64,000 bases of DNA from Eledone cirrhosa (taxonomy: Eukaryota). Under the pieces are notes generated by a model. The model did not search any database and was not told the DNA's origin. It was given only the letters and a program-made list of their open reading frames with translations. The stretch spans positions 174,592,001 through 174,656,000 of the forward strand of contig OZ024743.1 of the NCBI GenBank assembly GCA_964016885.1, written 5' to 3'. How positions within the stretch are numbered: the first letter of the stretch is position 1; every line of letters starts with the position of its first letter. Positions 12,830-27,889 of this stretch are shown here, piece by piece. The translations under genes were made by a program, and so were the position numbers.

Positions 12830-15800
12830 ACTGTACCTGTTACATAGGATGTAGGTAGTCTTTGATATACTGTACCTGTTATATAGGATGTATGTAGTCT
12901 TTGGTATACTGTACCTGTTACATAGGATGTAGGTAGTCTTTGATATACTGTACCTGTTATATAGGATGTAGGTAGTTTTGATATACTGTACCTGTTATAT
13001 AGGATGTAGGTAGTCTTTGATATACTGTACCTTTTATATAGGATGTAGGTAGTCTTTGATATACTGTACCTGTTATATAGGATGTAGGTAGTCTTTGAAA
13101 TACTGTACCTATTATATGAGATGTAGGAAGTCTTTGATATACTGTACCTGTTATATAGGATGTAGGTAGTCTTTGATATACTGTACCTGTTAAATAGGAT
13201 GTAGGTAGTCTTTGATATACTGTACCTGTTATATAGGATGTAGGTAGTCTTTGATATACTGTACCTGTTACATAGGATGTAGGTAGTCTTTGATATACTG
13301 TACCTGTTATATAGGATGTAGGTAGTCTTTGATATACTGTACCTGTTATATAGGATGTAGGTAGTGTTTGATATACTGTACCTGTTACATAGGATGTATA
13401 TAGTCTTTGATATACTGTACCTGTTATATAGGATGTAGGTAGTCTTTGATATACTGTACCTGTTATATAGGATCTAGGTAGTCTTTGATATACTGTACCT
13501 GTTATATAGGATGTAGGTAGTCTTTGATATACTGTACCTGTTATATAGGATGTAGGTAGTCTTTGATATACTGTACCTGTTACATAGGATGTAGGTAGTC
13601 TTTGATATACTGTACCTGTTATATATGATGTAGGTAGTCTTTGATATACTGTACCTGTTATATAGTATGTAGGTAGTCTTTGATATACTGTACCTGTTAT
13701 ATATGATGTAGGTAGTCTTTGATATACTGTACCTGTTACATAGGATGTAGGTAGTCTTTGATATACTGTACCTGTTATATAGGATGTATGTAGTCTTTGG
13801 TATACTGTACCTGTTACATAGGATGTAGGTAGTCTTTGATATACTGTACCTGTTATATAGGATGTAGGTAGTCTTTGATATACTGTACCTGTTATATAGG
13901 ATGTAGGTAGTCTTTGAAATACTGTACCTATTATATGAGATGTAGGAAGTTTTTGATATACTGTACCTGTTATATAGGATGTAGGTAGTCTTTGATATAC
14001 TGTACCTGTTATATAGGATGTAGGTAGTCTTTGATATACTGTACCTGTTAAATAGGATGTAGGTAGTCTTTGATATACTGTACCTGTTATATAGGATGTA
14101 GGTAGTCTTTGATATACTGTACCTGTTATATAGGATGTAGGTAGTCTTTGATATACTGTACCTGTTACATAGGATGTAGGTAGTCTTTGATATACTGTAC
14201 CTGTTATATAGGATGTAGGTAGTCTTTGATATACTGTACCTGTTATATAGGATGTAGGTAGTCTTTGATATACTGTACCTGTTATATAGGATGTAGGTAG
14301 TCTTTGATATACTGTACCTGTTATATAGGATGTAGGAAGTCTTTGATATACTTTACCTGTTATATAGGATGTAGGTAGTCTTTGATATACTGTACCTGTT
14401 ATATAGGATGTAGGTAGTCTTTGATATACTGTACCTGTTATATAGGATGTAGGTAGTCTTTGATATACTGTACCTGTTATATAGGATGTAGGTAGTCTTT
14501 GATATACTGTACCTGTTATATAGGATGTACGTAGTCTTTGATATACTGTACCTGTTATATGAGATGTAGGAAGTCTTTGATATACTGTACCTGTTATATA
14601 GGATGTAGGTAGTCTTTGATATACTGTACCTGTTATATGAGATGTAGGAAGTTTTTGATATACTGTACCTGTTATATAGGATGTAGGTAGTCTTTGATAT
14701 ACTGTACCTGTTATATAGGATGTAGGTAGTCTTTGATATACTGTACCTGTTAAATAGGATGTAGGTAGTCTTTGATATACTGTACCTGTTATATAGGATG
14801 TAGGTAGTCTTTGATATACTGTACCTGTTACATAGGATGTAGGTAGTCTTTGATATACTGTACCTGTTATATAGGATGTATGTAGTCTTTGGTATACTGT
14901 ACCTGTTACATAGGATGTAGGTAGTCTTTGATATACTGTACCTGTTATATAGGATGTAGGTAGTCTTTGATATACTGTACCTGTTATATAGGATGTAGGT
15001 AGTATTTGATATACTGTATCTGTTATATAGGATGTAGGTAGTCTTTGATATACTGTACCTGTTATATAGGATGTAGGTAGTCTTTGATATACTGTACATG
15101 TTAAATAGGATGTAGGTAGTCTTTGATATACTGTACCTGTTATATAGGATGTAGGTAGTCTTTGATATACTGTACCTGTTATATAGGATGTAGGTAGTCT
15201 TTGATATACTGTACCTGTTATATAGGATGTAGGTAATGTTTGATATACTGTACCTGTTATATAGGATGTAGGTAGTCTTTGATATACTGTACCTGTTATA
15301 TATGATGTAGGTAGTCTTTGATATACTGTACCTGTTACATAGGATGTAGGTAGTCTTTGATATACTGTACCTGTTATATAGGATGTATGTAGTCTTTGGT
15401 ATACTGTACCTGTTACATAGGATGTAGGTAGTCTTTGATATACTGTACCTGTTATATAGGATGTAGGTAGTCTTTGATATACTGTACCTATTATATAGGA
15501 TGTAGGTAGTCTTTGATATACTGTACCTGTTACATAGGATGTAGGTAGTCTTTGATATACTGTACCTGTTATATAGGATGTATGTAGTCTTTGGTATACT
15601 GTACCTGTTACATAGGATGTAGGTAGTCTTTGATATACTGTACCTGTTATATAGGATGTAGGTAGTTTTGATATACTGTACCTGTTATATAGGATGTAGG
15701 TAGTCTTTGATATACTGTACCTTTTATATAGGATGTAGGTAGTCTTTGATATACTGTACCTGTTATATAGGATGTAGGTAGTCTTTGAAATACTGTACCT

Positions 15801-18250
15801 ATTATATGAGATGTAGGAAGTCTTTGATATACTGTACCTGTTATATAGGATGTAGGTAGTCTTTGATATACTGTACCTGTTAAATAGGATGTAGGTAGTC
15901 TTTGATATACTGTACCTGTTATATAGGATGTAGGTAGTCTTTGATATACTGTACCTGTTACATAGGATGTAGGTAGTCTTTGATATACTGTACCTGTTAT
16001 ATAGGATGTAGGTAGTCTTTGATATACTGTACCTGTTATATAGGATGTAGGTAGTGTTTGATATACTGTACCTGTTACATAGGATGTATATAGTCTTTGA
16101 TATACTGTACCTGTTATATAGGATGTAGGTAGTCTTTGATATACTGTACCTGTTATATAGGATCTAGGTAGTCTTTGATATACTGTACCTGTTATATAGG
16201 ATGTAGGTAGTCTTTGATATACTGTACCTGTTATATAGGATGTAGGTAGTCTTTGATATACTGTACCTGTTACATAGGATGTAGGTAGTCTTTGATATAC
16301 TGTACCTGTTATATATGATGTAGGTAGTCTTTGATATACTGTACCTGTTATATAGTATGTAGGTAGTCTTTGATATACTGTACCTGTTATATATGATGTA
16401 GGTAGTCTTTGATATACTGTACCTGTTACATAGGATGTAGGTAGTCTTTGATATACTGTACCTGTTATATAGGATGTATGTAGTCTTTGGTATACTGTAC
16501 CTGTTACATAGGATGTAGGTAGTCTTTGATATACTGTACCTGTTATATAGGATGTAGGTAGTCTTTGATATACTGTACCTGTTATATAGGATGTAGGTAG
16601 TCTTTGAAATACTGTACCTATTATATGAGATGTAGGAAGTTTTTGATATACTGTACCTGTTATATAGGATGTAGGTAGTCTTTGATATACTGTACCTGTT
16701 ATATAGGATGTAGGTAGTCTTTGATATACTGTACCTGTTAAATAGGATGTAGGTAGTCTTTGATATACTGTACCTGTTATATAGGATGTAGGTAGTCTTT
16801 GATATACTGTACCTGTTATATAGGATGTAGGTAGTCTTTGATATACTGTACCTGTTACATAGGATGTAGGTAGTCTTTGATATACTGTACCTGTTATATA
16901 GGATGTAGGTAGTCTTTGATATACTGTACCTGTTATATAGGATGTAGGTAGTCTTTGATATACTGTACCTGTTATATAGGATGTAGGTAGTCTTTGATAT
17001 ACTGTACCTGTTATATAGGATGTAGGAAGTCTTTGATATACTTTACCTGTTATATAGGATGTAGGTAGTCTTTGATATACTGTACCTGTTATATAGGATG
17101 TAGGTAGTCTTTGATATACTGTACCTGTTATATAGGATGTAGGTAGTCTTTGATATACTGTACCTGTTATATAGGATGTAGGTAGTCTTTGATATACTGT
17201 ACCTGTTATATAGGATGTACGTAGTCTTTGATATACTGTACCTGTTATATGAGATGTAGGAAGTCTTTGATATACTGTACCTGTTATATAGGATGTAGGT
17301 AGTCTTTGATATACTGTACCTGTTATATGAGATGTAGGAAGTTTTTGATATACTGTACCTGTTATATAGGATGTAGGTAGTCTTTGATATACTGTACCTG
17401 TTATATAGGATGTAGGTAGTCTTTGATATACTGTACCTGTTAAATAGGATGTAGGTAGTCTTTGATATACTGTACCTGTTATATAGGATGTAGGTAGTCT
17501 TTGATATACTGTACCTGTTACATAGGATGTAGGTAGTCTTTGATATACTGTACCTGTTATATAGGATGTATGTAGTCTTTGGTATACTGTACCTGTTACA
17601 TAGGATGTAGGTAGTCTTTGATATACTGTACCTGTTATATAGGATGTAGGTAGTCTTTGATATACTGTACCTGTTATATAGGATGTAGGTAGTATTTGAT
17701 ATACTGTATCTGTTATATAGGATGTAGGTAGTCTTTGATATACTGTACCTGTTATATAGGATGTAGGTAGTCTTTGATATACTGTACATGTTAAATAGGA
17801 TGTAGGTAGTCTTTGATATACTGTACCTGTTATATAGGATGTAGGTAGTCTTTGATATACTGTACCTGTTATATAGGATGTAGGTAGTCTTTGATATACT
17901 GTACCTGTTATATAGGATGTAGGTAATGTTTGATATACTGTACCTGTTATATAGGATGTAGGTAGTCTTTGATATACTGTACCTGTTATATATGATGTAG
18001 GTAGTCTTTGATATACTGTACCTGTTACATAGGATGTAGGTAGTCTTTGATATACTGTACCTGTTATATAGGATGTATGTAGTCTTTGGTATACTGTACC
18101 TGTTACATAGGATGTAGGTAGTCTTTGATATACTGTACCTGTTATATAGGATGTAGGTAGTCTTTGATATACTGTACCTATTATATAGGATGTAGGTAGT
18201 CTTTGATATACTGTACCTGTTACATAGGATGTAGGTAGTCTTTGATATAC
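12830..18250. repeat. 69-monomer (2690 bp) tandem duplication carrying a 38-bp deletion monomer
   Basis: delC29 (GGTAGTTTTG) at 12976 and 15666. Identical ORF-track entries at 14353..15099 and 17043..17789. The offset is 2690 = 69x39-1. Confidence 0.9.
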
Positions 18251-21200
18251 TGTACCTGTTATATAGGATGTAGGTAGTCTTTGATATACTGTACCTGTTA
18301 CATAGGATGTAGGTAGTCTTTGATATACTGTACCTGTTACATAGGATGTAGGTAGTCTTTGATATACTGTACCTGTTATATAGGATGTATGTAGTCTTTG
18401 GTATACTGTACCTGTTACATAGGATGTAGGTAGTCTTTGATATACTGTACCTGTTATATAGGATGTAGGTAGTCTTTGATATACTGTAACTATTATATAG
18501 GATGTAGGTAGTCTTTGATATACTGTACCTGCTATATAGGATGTAGGTAGTCTTTGATATACTCTACCTGTTATATGTGATGTAGGAAGTCTTTGATATA
18601 CTCTACCTGTTATATAGGATGTAGGTAGTCTTTGATATACTGTACCTGTTATATAGGATGTAGGTAGTCTGTGATATACTGTACCTGTTATATAGGATGT
18701 ACGTAGTCTTTGATATGCTGTACCTGTTATATGAGATGTAGGAAGTCTTTGATATACTCTACCTGTTATATAGGATGTAGGTAGTCTTTGATATACTGTA
18801 CCTGTTATATAGGATGTAGGTAGTCTTTGATATACTGTACCTGTTATATAGGATGTAGGTAGTCTTTGATATACTGTACCTGTTATATAGGATGTATGTA
18901 GTCTTTGGTATACTGTACCTGTTACATAGGATGTAGGTAGTCTTTGATATACTGTACCTGTTATATAGGATGTAGGTAGTCTTTGATATACTGTACCTGT
19001 TATATAGGATGTAGGTAGTATTTGATATACTGTACCTGTTATATAGGATGTAGGTAGTCTTTGATATACTGTACCTGTTATATAGGATGTAGGTAGTCTT
19101 TGATATACTGTACATGTTAAATAGGATGTAGGTAGTCTTTGATATACTGTACCTGTTATATAGGATGTAGGTAGTCTTTGATATACTGTACCTGTTATAT
19201 AGGATGTAGGTAGTCTTTGATATACTGTACCTGTTATATAGGATGTAGGTAGTGTTTGATATACTGTACCTGTTATATAGGATGTAGGTAGTCTTTGATA
19301 TACTGTACCTGTTATAAATGATGTAGGTAGTCTTTGATATACTGTACCTGTTACATAGGATGTAGGTAGTCTTTGATATACTGTACCTGTTATATAGGAT
19401 GTATGTAGTCTTTGGTATACTGTACCTGTTACATAGGATGTAGGTAGTCTTTGATATACTGTACCTGTTATATAGGATGTAGGTAGTCTTTGATATACTG
19501 TACCTATTATATAGGATGTAGGTAGTCTTTGATATACTGTACCTGTTACATAGGATGTAGGTAGTCTTTGATATACTGTACCTGTTATATAGGATGTAGG
19601 TAGTCTTTGATATACTGTACCTGTTACATAGGATGTAGGTAGTCTTTGATATACTGTACCTGTTATATAGGATGTAGGTAGTCTTTGATATACTGTACCT
19701 GTTATATAGGATGTAGGTAGTCTTTGATATACTGTACCTGTTATATAGGATGTAGGTAGTCTTTGATATACTGTACCTGTTATATAGGATGTAGGAAGTC
19801 TTTGATATACTTTACCTGTTATATAGGATGTAGGTAGTCTTTGATATACTGTACCTGTTATATAGGATGTAGGTAGTCTTTGATATACTGTACCTGTTAT
19901 ATAGGATGTAGGTAGTCTTTGATATACTGTACCTGTTATATAGGATGTACGTAGTCTTTGATATACTGTACCTGTTATATGAGATGTAGGAAGTCTTTGA
20001 TATACTGTACCTGTTATATAGGATGTAGGTAGTCTTTGATATACTGTACCTGTTATATGAGATGTAGGAAGTTTTTGATATACTGTACCTGTTATATAGG
20101 ATGTAGGTAGTCTTTGATATACTGTACCTGTTATATAGGATGTAGGTAGTCTTTGATATACTGTACCTGTTAAATAGGATGTAGGTAGTCTTTGATATAC
20201 TGTACCTGTTATATAGGATGTAGGTAGTCTTTGATATACTGTACCTGTTACATAGGATGTAGGTAGTCTTTGATATACTGTACCTGTTATATAGGATGTA
20301 TGTAGTCTTTGGTATACTGTACCTGTTACATAGGATGTAGGTAGTCTTTGATATACTGTACCTGTTATATAGGATGTAGGTAGTCTTTGATATACTGTAC
20401 CTGTTATATAGGATGTAGGTAGTATTTGATATACTGTATCTGTTATATAGGATGTAGGTAGTCTTTGATATACTGTACCTGTTATATAGGATGTAGGTAG
20501 TCTTTGATATACTGTACATGTTAAATAGGATGTAGGTAGTCTTTGATATACTGTACCTGTTATATAGGATGTAGGTAGTCTTTGATATACTGTACCTGTT
20601 ATATAGGATGTAGGTAGTCTTTGATATACTGTACCTGTTATATAGGATGTAGGTAATGTTTGATATACTGTACCTGTTATATAGGATGTAGGTAGTCTTT
20701 GATATACTGTACCTGTTATATATGATGTAGGTAGTCTTTGATATACTGTACCTGTTACATAGGATGTAGGTAGTCTTTGATATACTGTACCTGTTATATA
20801 GGATGTATGTAGTCTTTGGTATACTGTACCTGTTACATAGGATGTAGGTAGTCTTTGATATACTGTACCTGTTATATAGGATGTAGGTAGTCTTTGATAT
20901 ACTGTACCTATTATATAGGATGTAGGTAGTCTTTGATATACTGTACCTGTTACATAGGATGTAGGTAGTCTTTGATATACTGTACCTGTTATATAGGATG
21001 TAGGTAGTCTTTGATATACTGTACCTGTTACATAGGATGTAGGTAGTCTTTGATATACTGTACCTGTTATATAGGATGTAGGTAGTCTTTGATATACTGT
21101 ACCTGTTATATAGGATGTAGGTAGTCTTTGATATACTGTACCTGTTATATAGGATGTAGGTAGTCTTTGATATACTGTACCTGTTAAATAGGATGTAGGT

Positions 21201-21519
21201 AGTCTTTGATATACTGTACCTGTTATATAGGATGTAGGTAGTCTTTGATATACTGTACCTGTTACATAGGATGTAGGTAGTCTTTGATATACTGTACCTG
21301 TTATATAGGATGTAGGTAGTCTTTGATATACTGTACCTATTATATAGGATGCAGGTAGTCTTTGATATACTGTACCTGTTACATAGGATGTAGGTAGTCT
21401 TTGATATACTGTACCTGTTATATAGGATGTAGGTAGTCTTTGATATACTGTACCTGTTACATAGGATGTAGGTAGTCTTTGATATACTGTACCTGTTACA
21501 TAGGATGTAGGTAGTCTTT

Positions 21520-24500
21520 GATATACTGTACCTGTTATATAGGATGTATGTAGTCTTTGGTATACTGTACCTGTTACATAGGATGTAGGTAGTCTTTGAT
21601 ATACTGTACCTGTTATATAGGATGTAGGTAGTCTTTGATATACTGTACCTATTATATAGGATGTAGGTAGTCTTTGATATACTGTACCTGTTACATAGGA
21701 TGTAGGTAGTCTTTGATATACTGTACCTGTTATATAGGATGTAGGTAGTCTTTGATATACTGTACCTGTTACATAGGATGTAGGTAGTCTTTGATATACT
21801 GTACCTGTTACATAGGATGTAGGTAGTCTTTGATATACTGTACCTGTTATATAGGATGTATGTAGTCTTTGGTATACTGTACCTGTTACATAGGATGTAG
21901 GTAGTCTTTGATATACTGTACCTGTTATATAGGATGTAGGTAGTCTTTGATATACTGTAACTATTATATAGGATGTAGGTAGTCTTTGATATACTGTACC
22001 TGCTATATAGGATGTAGGTAGTCTTTGATATACTCTACCTGTTATATGAGATGTAGGAAGTCTTTGATATACTCTACCTGTTATATAGGATGTAGGTAGT
22101 CTTTGATATACTGTACCTGTTATATAGGATGTAGGTAGTCTGTGATATACTGTACCTGTTATATAGGATGTACGTAGTCTTTGATATGCTGTACCTGTTA
22201 TATGAGATGTAGGAAGTCTTTGATATACTCTACCTGTTATATAGGATGTAGGTAGTCTTTGATATACTGTACCTGTTATATAGGATGTAGGTAGTCTTTG
22301 ATATACTGTACCTGTTATATAGGATGTAGGTAGTCTTTGATATACTGTACCTGTTATATAGGATGTATGTAGTCTTTGGTATACTGTACCTGTTACATAG
22401 GATGTAGGTAGTCTTTGATATACTGTACCTGTTATATAGGATGTAGGTAGTCTTTGATATACTGTACCTGTTATATAGGATGTAGGTAGTATTTGATATA
22501 CTGTACCTGTTATATAGGATGTAGGTAGTCTTTGATATACTGTACCTGTTATATAGGATGTAGGTAGTCTTTGATATACTGTACATGTTAAATAGGATGT
22601 AGGTAGTCTTTGATATACTGTACCTGTTATATAGGATGTAGGTAGTCTTTGATATACTGTACCTGTTATATAGGATGTAGGTAGTCTTTGATATACTGTA
22701 CCTGTTATATAGGATGTAGGTAGTGTTTGATATACTGTACCTGTTATATAGGATGTAGGTAGTCTTTGATATACTGTACCTGTTATAAATGATGTAGGTA
22801 GTCTTTGATATACTGTACCTGTTACATAGGATGTAGGTAGTCTTTGATATACTGTACCTGTTATATAGGATGTATGTAGTCTTTGGTATACTGTACCTGT
22901 TACATAGGATGTAGGTAGTCTTTGATATACTGTACCTGTTATATAGGATGTAGGTAGTCTTTGATATACTGTACCTATTATATAGGATGTAGGTAGTCTT
23001 TGATATACTGTACCTGTTACATAGGATGTAGGTAGTCTTTGATATACTGTACCTGTTATATAGGATGTAGGTAGTCTTTGATATACTGTACCTGTTACAT
23101 AGGATGTAGGTAGTCTTTGATATACTGTACCTGTTATATAGGATGTAGGTAGTCTTTGATATACTGTACCTGTTATATAGGATGTAGGTAGTCTTTGATA
23201 TACTGTACCTGTTATATAGGATGTAGGTAGTCTTTGATATACTGTACCTGTTATATAGGATGTAGGAAGTCTTTGATATACTTTACCTGTTATATAGGAT
23301 GTAGGTAGTCTTTGATATACTGTACCTGTTATATAGGATGTAGGTAGTCTTTGATATACTGTACCTGTTATATAGGATGTAGGTAGTCTTTGATATACTG
23401 TACCTGTTATATAGGATGTACGTAGTCTTTGATATACTGTACCTGTTATATGAGATGTAGGAAGTCTTTGATATACTGTACCTGTTATATAGGATGTAGG
23501 TAGTCTTTGATATACTGTACCTGTTATATATGATGTAGGTAGTCTTTGATATACTGTACCTGTTACATAGGATGTAGGTAGTCTTTGATATACTGTACCT
23601 GTTATATAGGATGTATGTAGTCTTTGGTATACTGTACCTGTTACATAGGATGTAGGTAGTCTTTGATATACTGTACCTGTTATATAGGATGTAGGTAGTC
23701 TTTGATATACTGTACCTATTATATAGGATGTAGGTAGTCTTTGATATACTGTACCTGTTACATAGGATGTAGGTAGTCTTTGATATACTGTACCTGTTAT
23801 ATAGGATGTAGGTAGTCTTTGATATACTGTACCTGTTACATAGGATGTAGGTAGTCTTTGATATACTGTACCTGTTACATAGGATGTAGGTAGTCTTTGA
23901 TATACTGTACCTGTTATATAGGATGTATGTAGTCTTTGGTATACTGTACCTGTTACATAGGATGTAGGTAGTCTTTGATATACTGTACCTGTTATATAGG
24001 ATGTAGGTAGTATTTGATATACTGTAACTATTATATAGGATGTAGGTAGTCTTTGATATACTGTACCTGCTATATAGGATGTAGGTAGTCTTTGATATAC
24101 TCTACCTGTTATATGAGATGTAGGAAGTCTTTGATATACTCTACCTGTTATATAGGATGTAGGTAGTCTTTGATATACTGTACCTGTTATATAGGATGTA
24201 GGTAGTCTGTGATATACTGTACCTGTTATATAGGATGTACGTAGTCTTTGATATGCTGTACCTGTTATATGAGATGTAGGAAGTCTTTGATATACTCTAC
24301 CTGTTATATAGGATGTAGGTAGTCTTTGATATACTGTACCTGTTATATAGGATGTAGGTAGTCTTTGATATACTGTACCTGTTATATAGGATGTAGGTAG
24401 TCTTTGATATACTGTACCTGTTATATAGGATGTATGTAGTCTTTGGTATACTGTACCTGTTACATAGGATGTAGGTAGTCTTTGATATACTGTACCTGTT

Positions 24501-25570
24501 ATATAGGATGTAGGTAGTCTTTGATATACTGTACCTGTTATATAGGATGTAGGTAGTATTTGATATACTGTACCTGTTATATAGGATGTAGGTAGTCTTT
24601 GATATACTGTACCTGTTATATAGGATGTAGGTAGTCTTTGATATACTGTACATGTTAAATAGGATGTAGGTAGTCTTTGATATACTGTACCTGTTATATA
24701 GGATGTAGGTAGTCTTTGATATACTGTACCTGTTATATAGGATGTAGGTAGTCTTTGATATACTGTACCTGTTATATAGGATGTAGGTAGTGTTTGATAT
24801 ACTGTACCTGTTATATAGGATGTAGGTAGTCTTTGATATACTGTACCTGTTATAAATGATGTAGGTAGTCTTTGATATACTGTACCTGTTACATAGGATG
24901 TAGGTAGTCTTTGATATACTGTACCTGTTATATAGGATGTATGTAGTCTTTGGTATACTGTACCTGTTACATAGGATGTAGGTAGTCTTTGATATACTGT
25001 ACCTGTTATATAGGATGTAGGTAGTCTTTGATATACTGTACCTATTATATAGGAGGTAGGTAGTCTTTGATATACTGTACCTGTTACATAGGATGTAGGT
25101 AGTCTTTGATATACTGTACCTGTTATATAGGATGTAGGTAGTCTTTGATATACTGTACCTGTTACATAGGATGTAGGTAGTCTTTGATATACTGTACCTG
25201 TTATATAGGATGTAGGTAGTCTTTGATATACTGTACCTGTTATATAGGATGTAGGTAGTCTTTGATATACTGTACCTGTTATATAGGATGTAGGTAGTCT
25301 TTGATATACTGTACCTGTTATATAGGATGTAGGAAGTCTTTGATATACTTTACCTGTTATATAGGATGTAGGTAGTCTTTGATATACTGTACCTGTTATA
25401 TAGGATGTAGGTAGTCTTTGATATACTGTACCTGTTATATAGGATGTAGGTAGTCTTTGATATACTGTACCTGTTATATAGGATGTACGTAGTCTTTGAT
25501 ATACTGTACCTGTTATATGAGATGTAGGAAGTCTTTGATATACTGTACCTGTTATATAGGATGTAGGTAG
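21520..25570. repeat. 53-monomer (2067 bp) tandem duplication
   Basis: Identical variant strings at 22230..22586 and 24297..24653, and G2T at 23283 and 25350, all offset by 2067 = 53x39. Confidence 0.85.
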
Positions 25571-27889
25571 TCTTTGATATACTGTACCTGTTATATGAGA
25601 TGTAGGAAGTTTTTGATATACTGTACCTGTTATATAGGATGTAGGTAGTCTTTGATATACTGTACCTGTTATATAGGATGTAGGTAGTCTTTGATATACT
25701 GTACCTGTTAAATAGGATGTAGGTAGTCTTTGATATACTGTACCTGTTATATAGGATGTAGGTAGTCTTTGATATACTGTACCTGTTACATAGGATGTAG
25801 GTAGTCTTTGATATACTGTACCTGTTATATAGGATGTATGTAGTCTTTGGTATACTGTACCTGTTACATAGGATGTAGGTAGTCTTTGATATACTGTACC
25901 TGTTATATAGGATGTAGGTAGTCTTTGATATACTGTACCTGTTATATAGGATGTAGGTAGTATTTGATATACTGTATCTGTTATATAGGATGTAGGTAGT
26001 CTTTGATATACTGTACCTGTTATATAGGATGTAGGTAGTCTTTGATATACTGTACATGTTAAATAGGATGTAGGTAGTCTTTGATATACTGTACCTGTTA
26101 TATAGGATGTAGGTAGTCTTTGATATACTGTACCTGTTATATAGGATGTAGGTAGTCTTTGATATACTGTACCTGTTATATAGGATGTAGGTAATGTTTG
26201 ATATACTGTACCTGTTATATAGGATGTAGGTAGTCTTTGATATACTGTACCTGTTATATATGATGTAGGTAGTCTTTGATATACTGTACCTGTTACATAG
26301 GATGTAGGTAGTCTTTGATATACTGTACCTGTTATATAGGATGTATGTAGTCTTTGGTATACTGTACCTGTTACATAGGATGTAGGTAGTCTTTGATATA
26401 CTGTACCTGTTATATAGGATGTAGGTAGTCTTTGATATACTGTACCTATTATATAGGATGTAGGTAGTCTTTGATATACTGTACCTGTTACATAGGATGT
26501 AGGTAGTCTTTGATATACTGTACCTGTTATATAGGATGTAGGTAGTCTTTGATATACTGTACCTGTTACATAGGATGTAGGTAGTCTTTGATATACTGTA
26601 CCTGTTATATAGGATGTAGGTAGTCTTTGATATACTGTACCTGTTATATAGGATGTAGGTAGTCTTTGATATACTGTACCTGTTATATAGGATGTAGGTA
26701 GTCTTTGATATACTGTACCTGTTAAATAGGATGTAGGTAGTCTTTGATATACTGTACCTGTTATATAGGATGTAGGTAGTCTTTGATATACTGTACCTGT
26801 TACATAGGATGTAGGTAGTCTTTGATATACTGTACCTGTTATATAGGATGTAGGTAGTCTTTGATATACTGTACCTGTTATATAGGATGTAGGTAGTGTT
26901 TGATATACTGTACCTGTTACATAGGATGTATATAGTCTTTGATATACTGTACCTGTTATATAGGATGTAGGTAGTCTTTGATATACTGTACCTGTTATAT
27001 AGGATCTAGGTAGTCTTTGATATACTGTACCTGTTATATAGGATGTAGGTAGTCTTTGATATACTGTACCTGTTATATAGGATGTAGGTAGTCTTTGATA
27101 TACTGTACCTGTTACATAGGATGTAGGTAGTCTTTGATATACTGTACCTGTTATATATGATGTAGGTAGTCTTTGATATACTGTACCTGTTATATAGTAT
27201 GTAGGTAGTCTTTGATATACTGTACCTGTTATATATGATGTAGGTAGTCTTTGATATACTGTACCTGTTACATAGGATGTAGGTAGTCTTTGATATACTG
27301 TACCTGTTATATAGGATGTATGTAGTCTTTGGTATACTGTACCTGTTACATAGGATGTAGGTAGTCTTTGATATACTGTACCTGTTATATAGGATGTAGG
27401 TAGTCTTTGATATACTGTACCTGTTATATAGTATGTAGGTAGTCTTTGAAATACTGTACCTATTATATGAGATGTAGGAAGTTTTTGATATACTGTACCT
27501 GTTATATAGGATGTAGGTAGTCTTTGATATACTGTACCTGTTATATAGGATGTAGGTAGTCTTTGATATACTGTACCTGTTAAATAGGATGTAGGTAGTC
27601 TTTGATATACTGTACCTGTTATATAGGATGTAGGTAGTCTTTGATATACTGTACCTGTTATATAGGATGTAGGTAGTCTTTGATATACTGTACCTGTTAC
27701 ATAGGATGTAGGTAGTCTTTGATATACTGTACCTGTTATATAGGATGTAGGTAGTCTTTGATATACTGTACCTGTTATATAGGATGTAGGTAGTCTTTGA
27801 TATACTGTACCTGTTATATAGGATGTAGGAAGTCTTTGATATACTTTACCTGTTATATAGGATGTAGGTAGTCTTTGATATACTGTACC

